Shown: piece by piece, positions 1-9,310 of the stretch
Position numbering within the stretch: position 1 is the first letter of the stretch
Layout of the letters: each line of letters begins with the position of its first letter
Origin: Caecitellus pseudoparvulus
Lineage: Eukaryota > Protista > Bigyra: Bicosoecida
DNA length: 32,598 nucleotides
Direction: 5' to 3'
Assembly: GCA_965644315.1 (NCBI GenBank)
Contig: CBFFRQ010000009.1
Location: 1-32,598 of the forward strand
Notes under the pieces: generated by a model
What the model was told of the DNA's origin: nothing
What the model saw: only the letters and a program-made list of their open reading frames with translations
The model's database searches: none
Made by a program: the position numbers and the translations under genes

Positions 1-1671
1 AACCCTAACCCTAACCCTAACCCTAACCCTAACCCTAACCCTAACCCTAACCCTAACCCTAACCCTAACCCTAACCCTAACCCTAACCCTAACCCTAACC
101 CTAACCCTAACCCTAACCCTAACCCTAACCCTAACCCTAACCCTAACCCTAACCCTAACCCTAACCCTAACCCTAACCCTAACCCTAACCCTAACCCTAA
201 CCCTAACCCTAACCCTAACCCTAACCCTAACCCTAACCCTAACCCTAACCCTAACCCTAACCCTAACCCTAACCCTAACCCTAACCCTAACCCTAACCCT
301 AACCCTAACCCTAACCCTAACCCTAACCCTAACCCTAACCCTAACCCTAACCCTAACCCTAACCCTAACCCTAACCCTAACCCTAACCCTAACCCTAACC
401 CTAACCCTAACCCTAACCCTAACCCTAACCCTAACCCTAACCCTAACCCTAACCCTAACCCTAACCCTAACCCTAACCCTAACCCTAACCCTAACCCTAA
501 CCCTAACCCTAACCCTAACCCTAACCCTAACCCTAACCCTAACCCTAACCCTAACCCTAACCCTAACCCTAACCCTAACCCTAACCCTAACCCTAACCCT
601 AACCCTAACCCTAACCCTAACCCTAACCCTAACCCTAACCCTAACCCTAACCCTAACCCTAACCCTAACCCTAACCCTAACCCTAACCCTAACCCTAACC
701 CTAACCCTAACCCTAACCCTAACCCTAACCCTAACCCTAACCCTAACCCTAACCCTAACCCTAACCCTAACCCTAACCCTAACCCTAACCCTAACCCTAA
801 CCCTAACCCTAACCCTAACCCTAACCCTAACCCTAACCCTAACCCTAACCCTAACCCTAACCCTAACCCTAACCCTAACCCTAACCCTAACCCTAACCCT
901 AACCCTAACCCTAACCCTAACCCTAACCCTAACCCTAACCCTAACCCTAACCCTAACCCTAACCCTAACCCTAACCCTAACCCTAACCCTAACCCTAACC
1001 CTAACCCTAACCCTAACCCTAACCCTAACCCTAACCCTAACCCTAACCCTAACCCTAACCCTAACCCTAACCCTAACCCTAACCCTAACCCTAACCCTAA
1101 CCCTAACCCTAACCCTAACCCTAACCCTAACCCTAACCCTAACCCTAACCCTAACCCTAACCCTAACCCTAACCCTAACCCTAACCCTAACCCTAACCCT
1201 AACCCTAACCCTAACCCTAACCCTAACCCTAACCCTAACCCTAACCCTAACCCTAACCCTAACCCTAACCCTAACCCTAACCCTAACCCTAACCCTAACC
1301 CTAACCCTAACCCTAACCCTAACCCTAACCCTAACCCTAACCCTAACCCTAACCCTAACCCTAACCCTAACCCTAACCCTAACCCTAACCCTAACCCTAA
1401 CCCTAACCCTAACCCTAACCCTAACCCTAACCCTAACCCTAACCCTAACCCTAACCCTAACCCTAACCCTAACCCTAACCCTAACCCTAACCCTAACCCT
1501 AACCCTAACCCTAACCCTAACCCTAACCCTAACCCTAACCCTAACCCTAACCCTAACCCTAACCCTAACCCTAACCCTAACCCTAACCCTAACCCTAACC
1601 CTAACCCTAACCCTAACCCTAACCCTAACCCTAACCCTAACCCTAACCCTAACCCTAACCCTAACCCTAAC
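1..1671. repeat. Terminal telomere, (CCCTAA)n / (TTAGGG)n, about 278 perfect units
   Basis: Uninterrupted AACCCT hexamers from base 1 to 1671. The C-rich strand on + means this is the left chromosome end. Confidence 0.99.
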
Positions 1672-4600
1672 TTTCCAAATGTCAAGCTAATCACAAGTTG
1701 TGAAGTGCTAACATTGCCTAATCCAGGCGCTCGTGCACCCAAGTGTGGTGTTGCACAGTGCTTGCTGGTTGGGTGGTGCGCACCGGGGCGGGGTAGTGCG
1801 AATTCCGCACACCATCGCACCGTGGCTCCCAGTTTGCGCCCTCGGTCGGGGCATGCACCTGGGATCGACATCAAAAGCATCATTGACAAGCATCATGAAC
1901 GCCCAAGTGGATCAAGTCCTGGGGGTCCTCTTCGTGGAGGGGTGCCTGAAGCGCAAGCAAGTGCTCGGCCCCAGAACAGGTGTCTTCACTGACATGCCAC
2001 GTCGGGGTGCCGCACGCACCTTCGAGCTTGGAGGACCCCTGCCCAAGACTGATCATGATAGTTCATCTTCGGCACGGGACATGTGGCTCGAGGTCTATGG
2101 GGAAGCCGCCGAACGGCTGATCCCAGGGCTGAGTGCGGAATTCGGCAACGCCAATGCGGCCCTGCGCCAGGGACCCACCGGATCGCCAACCATCCTCGTC
2201 ACGCTCGGAAGTGAGGGTGATTCACCAACAGTGGCACGTCAACTTCGCATTCTTGCTGCTCAAGAGGACGACTTCGCCATTCGAGTCGGCCAAGGTGGGT
2301 TCGTCGCCGTGGCCTACACCAACACCAAGCAGTTCGCATCGGCGAAGGCGAAAGTGAAGGTGAAGGCCCACCCCACCGCCATCCAAGTGGCCCACCAAGT
2401 GACCAAGGAAGCAACCGAAATCGCCTGCCAGTCAGGTGATGTTGCCAAGGTCATGTGCCTCGTTAGGTCCCACTTCGACCATGGCCCCGTGCCAGCCCAA
2501 GCCGTCCGTCCCAGTGTCAGACAATCCGTCCCCTCCGAGGGTGATGCACCTGTCGACACCAAGACACCATCGACCTGGACTGACACTCAGCTCGACAAGG
2601 CACCGAAGAAGAAGAAGACCCGTCGAGGCAAGCGAGGAAAGGGCAAGTCAGCCGGACGATCCCTCACCTTCGAGGACGTCTTCATCAAGAACGTCCGGCC
2701 ACCTGCACCTCGACCAACCTCACCACCTGCCACCCAAGGCTCACCCAAAGATACCGTCACCACCCCTGTGGTGCATGCCATGTTGCCTTCATCAAGGGTG
2801 CAGCGGGGCGTCGACCGCAAGTGGCCGTCCCCCACCCCGTCGGGCGAGGCAAGCCCCGAGGTGCACCGGTATCGGCCGTCTGCAGCAGCAGCATGGGAGG
2901 TGATCACAAGGGTGGTGCCTCTTCATGACAGTGTGCGGACACCCGAGCACCTGGCCGAGTACCCCATCAAGCCTGGCCCTCTGGCCGACCTGCTGTCATC
3001 GACCCACGTGTACTCTAACGTGGGGGGGCGGGCCTGTGTCCAGGCCTGTCTCGAGACGGCAGCAGGGGAGAGGGTCTTCGAGGCTGGGGACCTCCTCCTA
3101 CTCCAGCATGCAGCCACCATCAACGCTGCCCAGCTTGCCTTCAAGCACATGGTCAGGCAGCTGGAGGGGGTGGTCAGTGACTCGTCCAGCTCGGACATCA
3201 TGGACGTCGGCCAGAAGCCACCCTCCCCCTTCCGCTCAGACGGGCAACGGGTGGCCGTCTTCCGCAACATGCTGCACCAGCACTCGCCGGATGACACCTT
3301 CCTGGCCCCAGGTACACCACCAGTCCTGCTTCCCGGCCTGCACCTGCTCATCGACCGCATCAACCAAGGGTACCGTGCCCCAGCCGGGCATGATGACCTT
3401 GGCCAGGCCGGCGTCGACCCCAGCCAGGTTGATGAAGAGGGTGACCAAGAGGGGCACCTCGACGGAGTGCTGTATGCCTTCGCACTTCGAGAGGTGTGGA
3501 CCGACAACACGGCCCATCTGCAGCTCATCCTCGTCGACCATGATCGAGGCAAGCTGGTGCTGTGGAACCCCGACATCCCTGACCTCCATGACGAGCTGCC
3601 CCTGCACAAGTGCATGACCCGGCTGGCAGCCGAAGGCATCAACGTCTTGTACCGGATCTGGACCACACCCGAGGCGGGCAGTCCAGCACCCTTCCGGGAC
3701 AGGCTTCGAGGGGCACTCCAGTCTCTCCGAGATGACTTCCCCCCCCTGCCTCACAAGGCCACCGACGGCACCGTGCACCCCCAGACCCTCATCGCTGGCA
3801 AGGGCACAAGGGTGGCCATGCCTCATGGGCGGATGACCCGACAGCAGGCCGCCACCCTGGAGGCTGAGGTCAAGGACCCCCTCAAGCGGCTGGTGCCTGA
3901 AGACGGCGAGGGTCGCCTGCCCAAGGTCAAGGATGTGCCCCACATCTCGATCGGGCAGATGGGTGGACGCCTGATGTAAGTCACCTGTGGGGGCATACTC
4001 CCTGTGCCACACATGACTGAAGCTTTGTGTCGCGACCGACGCACATAGCTGACATCGGACATTGGAAAGTCCAACCCAACCTCACCATCACCAACCCAAC
4101 ATCGATACCAACACATCAGGACTCGGCTCAGTGGAAGGGGAAGGCACTTGCAGCAAGATCTGTGAGGCCGCCCCCAAACCTGAGCCGAAGGGACAGCCGG
4201 GCTGGGTCGTGTGCTTGCATCTCAGCAACACCCAGTCCGTGTCGAGTCCATATCCTCCAGCCCACACCGCCACCCAAGCCAAGCAAGTCGGGTCTCCACC
4301 CCTGGACATCGGACCGAGACGGACGAGACTGGACTGGACGGACAAGACAAGAGTGGACCGAGACCTGGACCTACACCTCAAGACCATCCCACCGGGGCGG
4401 GCGCTGAAGCGCCAAGACAGACGGCGACTTATACAACGGACACGAGTCTGTGCTAGTCGCAAAGCCGTGCAAGCGGTGCCGTCGTGGTGTCTGTGTCACT
4501 GCATTCTGTTGTGGCGCAGGTGGCACCACATGTCCAAGCCCAAGCTGTACCATGATGTAGCCTGCATGGAGGCAATCTGCAATGCATTGAGTAGCTAACC
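1672..4600 (+). mobile_element. Candidate telomere-associated element or subtelomeric repeat unit, distal (longer) copy
   Basis: Bounded by telomeric repeats on both sides. Bases 2695-4600 recur at 4667-6572 (offset 1972). Mobile nature is inferred from architecture only; no RT, integrase or transposase motif seen. Confidence 0.5.
1895..3979 (+). CDS. Orphan ~694-aa protein: RRM-like N-terminal region, basic KKKKTRRGKRGKGK tract, Pro-rich linker, candidate papain-like (Cys-His-Asn) domain
   Basis: Long stop-free frame open from 1712, with in-frame ATGs at 1853 and 1895 and C/G-ending codon bias. Domain calls are by eye. Confidence 0.75.
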   Translation: MNAQVDQVLGVLFVEGCLKRKQVLGPRTGVFTDMPRRGAARTFELGGPLPKTDHDSSSSARDMWLEVYGEAAERLIPGLSAEFGNANAALRQGPTGSPTILVTLGSEGDSPTVARQLRILAAQEDDFAIRVGQGGFVAVAYTNTKQFASAKAKVKVKAHPTAIQVAHQVTKEATEIACQSGDVAKVMCLVRSHFDHGPVPAQAVRPSVRQSVPSEGDAPVDTKTPSTWTDTQLDKAPKKKKTRRGKRGKGKSAGRSLTFEDVFIKNVRPPAPRPTSPPATQGSPKDTVTTPVVHAMLPSSRVQRGVDRKWPSPTPSGEASPEVHRYRPSAAAAWEVITRVVPLHDSVRTPEHLAEYPIKPGPLADLLSSTHVYSNVGGRACVQACLETAAGERVFEAGDLLLLQHAATINAAQLAFKHMVRQLEGVVSDSSSSDIMDVGQKPPSPFRSDGQRVAVFRNMLHQHSPDDTFLAPGTPPVLLPGLHLLIDRINQGYRAPAGHDDLGQAGVDPSQVDEEGDQEGHLDGVLYAFALREVWTDNTAHLQLILVDHDRGKLVLWNPDIPDLHDELPLHKCMTRLAAEGINVLYRIWTTPEAGSPAPFRDRLRGALQSLRDDFPPLPHKATDGTVHPQTLIAGKGTRVAMPHGRMTRQQAATLEAEVKDPLKRLVPEDGEGRLPKVKDVPHISIGQMGGRLM

Positions 4601-4668
4601 CTAACCCCTAACCCTAACCCTAACCCTAACCCTAACCCTAACCCTAACCCTAACCCTAACCCCTAACC
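4595..4668. repeat. Interstitial telomeric tract, 12 TAA-containing units including two CCCCTAA variants
   Basis: ctaaccctaacccctaaccc...taacccctaacc, in the same orientation as the terminal telomere. Confidence 0.98.
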
Positions 4669-5951
4669 GGCCACCTGCACCTCGACCAACCTCACCACCT
4701 GCCACCCAAGGCTCACCCAAAGATACCGTCACCACCCCTGTGGTGCATGCCATGTTGCCTTCATCAAGGGTGCAGCGGGGCGTCGACCGCAAGTGGCCGT
4801 CCCCCACCCCGTCGGGCGAGGCAAGCCCCGAGGTGCACCGGTATCGGCCGTCTGCAGCAGCAGCATGGGAGGTGATCACAAGGGTGGTGCCTCTTCATGA
4901 CAGTGTGCGGACACCCGAGCACCTGGCCGAGTACCCCATCAAGCCTGGCCCTCTGGCCGACCTGCTGTCATCGACCCACGTGTACTCTAACGTGGGGGGG
5001 CGGGCCTGTGTCCAGGCCTGTCTCGAGACGGCAGCAGGGGAGAGGGTCTTCGAGGCTGGGGACCTCCTCCTACTCCAGCATGCAGCCACCATCAACGCTG
5101 CCCAGCTTGCCTTCAAGCACATGGTCAGGCAGCTGGAGGGGGTGGTCAGTGACTCGTCCAGCTCGGACATCATGGACGTCGGCCAGAAGCCACCCTCCCC
5201 CTTCCGCTCAGACGGGCAACGGGTGGCCGTCTTCCGCAACATGCTGCACCAGCACTCGCCGGATGACACCTTCCTGGCCCCAGGTACACCACCAGTCCTG
5301 CTTCCCGGCCTGCACCTGCTCATCGACCGCATCAACCAAGGGTACCGTGCCCCAGCCGGGCATGATGACCTTGGCCAGGCCGGCGTCGACCCCAGCCAGG
5401 TTGATGAAGAGGGTGACCAAGAGGGGCACCTCGACGGAGTGCTGTATGCCTTCGCACTTCGAGAGGTGTGGACCGACAACACGGCCCATCTGCAGCTCAT
5501 CCTCGTCGACCATGATCGAGGCAAGCTGGTGCTGTGGAACCCCGACATCCCTGACCTCCATGACGAGCTGCCCCTGCACAAGTGCATGACCCGGCTGGCA
5601 GCCGAAGGCATCAACGTCTTGTACCGGATCTGGACCACACCCGAGGCGGGCAGTCCAGCACCCTTCCGGGACAGGCTTCGAGGGGCACTCCAGTCTCTCC
5701 GAGATGACTTCCCCCCCCTGCCTCACAAGGCCACCGACGGCACCGTGCACCCCCAGACCCTCATCGCTGGCAAGGGCACAAGGGTGGCCATGCCTCATGG
5801 GCGGATGACCCGACAGCAGGCCGCCACCCTGGAGGCTGAGGTCAAGGACCCCCTCAAGCGGCTGGTGCCTGAAGACGGCGAGGGTCGCCTGCCCAAGGTC
5901 AAGGATGTGCCCCACATCTCGATCGGGCAGATGGGTGGACGCCTGATGTAA
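4667..5951 (+). pseudogene. 5'-truncated copy of the 1895-3979 ORF (lacks RRM-like and basic regions, keeps the candidate protease region)
   Basis: Begins mid-ORF at RPPAPRPT directly after telomeric repeats; translation is identical to the C-terminal part of the distal ORF. Confidence 0.75.
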
Positions 5952-6572
5952 GTCACCTGTGGGGGCATACTCCCTGTGCCACACATGACTGAAGCTTTGT
6001 GCCGCGACCGACGCACATAGCTGACATCGGACATTGGAAAGTCCAACCCAACCTCACCATCACCAACCCAACATCGATACCAACACATCAGGACTCGGCT
6101 CAGTGGAAGGGGAAGGCACTTGCAGCAAGATCTGTGAGGCCGCCCCCAAACCTGAGCCGAAGGGACAGCCGGGCTGGGTCGTGTGCTTGCATCTCAGCAA
6201 CACCCAGTCCGTGTCGAGTCCATATCCTCCAGCCCACACCGCCACCCAAGCCAAGCAAGTCGGGTCTCCACCCCTGGACATCGGACCGAGACGGACGAGA
6301 CTGGACTGGACGGACAAGACAAGAGTGGACCGAGACCTGGACCTACACCTCAAGACCATCCCACCGGGGCGGGCGCTGAAGCGCCAAGACAGACGGCGAC
6401 TTATACAACGGACACGAGTCTGTGCTAGTCGCAAAGCCGTGCAAGCGGTGCCGTCGTGGTGTCTGTGTCACTGCATTCTGTTGTGGCGCAGGTGGCACCA
6501 CATGTCCAAGCCCAAGCTGTACCATGATGTAGCCTGCATGGAGGCAATCTGCAATGCATTGAGTAGCTAACC
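4667..6572 (+). repeat. Proximal 5'-truncated direct copy (1906 bp) of 2695-4600
   Basis: The ORF track repeats at +1972. The only difference I noticed is T4030 vs C6002. Confidence 0.97.
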
Positions 6573-8654
6573 TAAAAGTAGCATGGCAGTGCATACCCGG
6601 TCGACCGACTCGACCAATGGGGCAACACTCCGCTCGAGCACCCCGCCCATGGCGTCTAAAGATCTGCCACCACCCTGCGCACTTCTCCGATGAGGGACCG
6701 TGTCCACGGATCTGCTCCCTGCAAAAGAGCGTGCGCTGCTACCGGTGGACCTCGTGAGACTGGGGCTGTCATCGTCGCTGCCCATCTCACAAGAACCGAT
6801 GTCGGCAGCAGCGCACGCTTGGGCAGCTGCTTCGACAGAGAAGCTACGTGCTTCCACGCCTTCACTTCTGGCCGCACGCACGACCCTGCGCACCATGGGA
6901 CCGGTGCTAGTGCCGGCCCCAAGCCCAGCAGCAAGGTCAGCCCCCAGAGCCGATGGTGAAGAACACAATGCGCTGTTACGCCCCCGCTTCGCCCGCTGTT
7001 TTGAACGCGGAACTCGTTGGCGAGGAGCTCCCAATGCAGAAGCGGTGTAGGAGGATCTACTGTCCGTGTCACCCCCTTCCGGTAAGTTTGAAAAAGCTGT
7101 CCCATGGCTGGATGACCCATCGGCCAACTCCCCCCTGATGAACAACATCCACGCAGGGTCCACCTTGTCGAAGGGAAGCGGCAAAGCATGGGTTTGTACA
7201 CCCTTTAGGATCCCAGTAGGCTTGGCATATAAACGTTGATCAAGTGGGTGACGTGTTGCGGTGAACAGGGCATCCCGAAGCCAGATATTGCTGTTCACGA
7301 GATTTAGATCTCGCCCCAGAGCGGTGTCCCCCTCTGCGGGTGCTGCCGCTCCGGACTGGCCGCCCCCAACCATGAACTTTGTCGCCTTGACTATGCTTGT
7401 GCAGAATGTCTTCCCAGCCCCCCTGTCCAAGAAGTAGTCCATGGCGATCCTCAGTGTCTTGCAAGACTCCAGGAAGGTGGACGCCGTGACGCGGGGAACA
7501 CCATCCACCTCCACGGCATAGCCCAAGGCAACGGGGTCTTGGCCATGAGACCAAGGAGGCTGCAGCTTGATCTTCTCATGTCCTGGCAGGGCCTTCAGGG
7601 CTTGCTGCACAACTGGGGCGAAAGGAAGCCCCTTTGCGACTCCACCCACCACAAGTACGGTGAGTTTGTCCGCAGCAGCGGCATCCATGCTCACCCAGAA
7701 GGGTGGTCTCCCATCGGTAGGAGACGGGGAGCTGATACCTGTGACGCGGGGGAGGTGTCCAGTGCTCTCAAATAGGTGACTGCTCGGCGGGGCGGTAGCA
7801 GCAGCAGGGGAGACCCCTCCCTGTTGCCGCACGGGATTCCATTGCACGCTGAGGTGCTGTGTGCTCAAGTGTAATGCAGTTGACACGAAAGCCAAAGCAT
7901 CTTTGGTTGTGGGGAACTGAAGCAACAGTTTCATACCGAGACGACGTGCCCCGTCAGAGTTCTTGTCCACAGGTACAGATCGATGACGGTACAGAGATCT
8001 CACGGTGTACTCTGCGAATGGGTGGCGTTGGGACAATGGTGGTGGCCTATGAAGACGTCCACACCCAATCTCAACACTGACCAGTGGGCGTACTCATCCA
8101 CTGTTTCAGTTGGGCCTTCTCCACGGCCCGACGCTTCTCGGCAGAACTGGGTCGACGTGCCTGTCTTGGACCACAGCTGTCCGCTCCCCCCCCACGGGCG
8201 ACCTTGGGTGGTGGAGACAGCATGTGTTCATCGTCCGTGCCGAACTCTGAGCCACTACTCTCGGCACCAAAGCGGGCGGGGGCAGCAATGTTCAAGAGGG
8301 CCGCCGCACCCTCATCTCCCGCAGCAGCATGCTCGTGTAATTCTGCACAGGACGTCATGATGAAGTGGAGTTGTAGCGCTGTACGTGATGAGGTTGAGGG
8401 CAGCTCATGCTGCGGAGTTTGAACTTACCAACGGCGCTCCGCTGTGCCCGCAATTCTGCCACACCTTCAGGCGTGAGAGGTCCCAGAGAGAGTCTCCTCG
8501 TAGAAATAGGGGAGGCTATTATCTCAGGTTCACTTGTAGACTCATTGTCTCCACTGCCAGCGGCAGCCGCGGTCCGAGTGCGGCCTTCAGCCCGCGGAGC
8601 ACGTGTGCGACGACCCCGCCGCGAGCGAGACTGAGTTGACCGTGACATGTCCAT
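6567..8654 (-). CDS. Spliced orphan protein, ~639 aa (exons 8654-8429, 8342-8094, 8011-6567)
   Basis: Three minus-strand ORFs join in frame via GTAAGT..CAG (86 nt) and GTACGC..CAG (82 nt) introns, sizes typical of neighbouring genes. No family recognised. Confidence 0.65.
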
Positions 8655-9310
8655 TGCAACAACAATGCATTTCTGTTTCCCCCACATGTCACTCTTGTGT
8701 CCGAAAGCATTGTAGCTTTGAGACTCAGGCACCACAGTATGCATACCTGCGGAAATTGGCTCACACCTGAGCCCCAGCATTCCGCTCCTCACAACTCAAA
8801 GACGACCTGCGTACAGCGCGCATCCCTCACCCATAGTACAAAGTGTAACCCGTTTAAGCCCTTTCCCATCTCATCTCCCTCATCCATTTTTTCAGATTTC
8901 GTCCTGCAAAAAGCTGCGTGCATTGGCTATATGAAACACCCCCCTGCTTGACACGCCGACAAAAACCGCATGTGGCGCTGCTTGGACCCCATTTCCTCCC
9001 ACTGTGGCAGTGGGTGGGCAGGTTGGGACGGAAAGGGGCAGTGATCCTCAAGAGTGGCCGCCATTGCAGCTGCTTTTGTTGTACAAGCCAGCGCCCACGC
9101 CGCTGAGCGAGGTTGGCTCTGTTGCGATCGTCAGCCTGGCTCTGCAGCCCACACAATCGATCCAGGAATGTCAACCCCGGCTTGTGCGCTGAGCAATGCA
9201 ACAACATCAAGCTTTCACAAACCCCCACATGTTCAGACGACCGTCAAAAATGCGCGTCAGCATGCATTGTGAATGGCCTTGCCACACGATGCTCCCAACC
9301 TAGCATCTGA

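Noticed and set aside
4062-4598. 178-aa ORF (and its copy 6034-6570) as a real gene
   Set aside because: Non-ATG start, overlaps low-complexity motifs, and its stop falls in the telomeric seed; no family recognised.
4601-4879. ORF ending in VRVRVR repeats
   Set aside because: This is just the translation of the interstitial telomeric tract.
7136-7175. Hammerhead ribozyme-like CTGATGA...CGAAG
   Set aside because: The stem II closing pair is mismatched, it has GAAG instead of GAAA, and it lies antisense within coding sequence. No CTGANGA core was found in the unit's 3' tail (3980-4600) on either strand.
1672-9300. Reverse transcriptase, endonuclease, integrase or tyrosine recombinase in the subtelomeric unit
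   Set aside because: No YxDD RT context, GIY-YIG, APE, RLE or recombinase motif recognised in any listed ORF, so it cannot be called an autonomous element.
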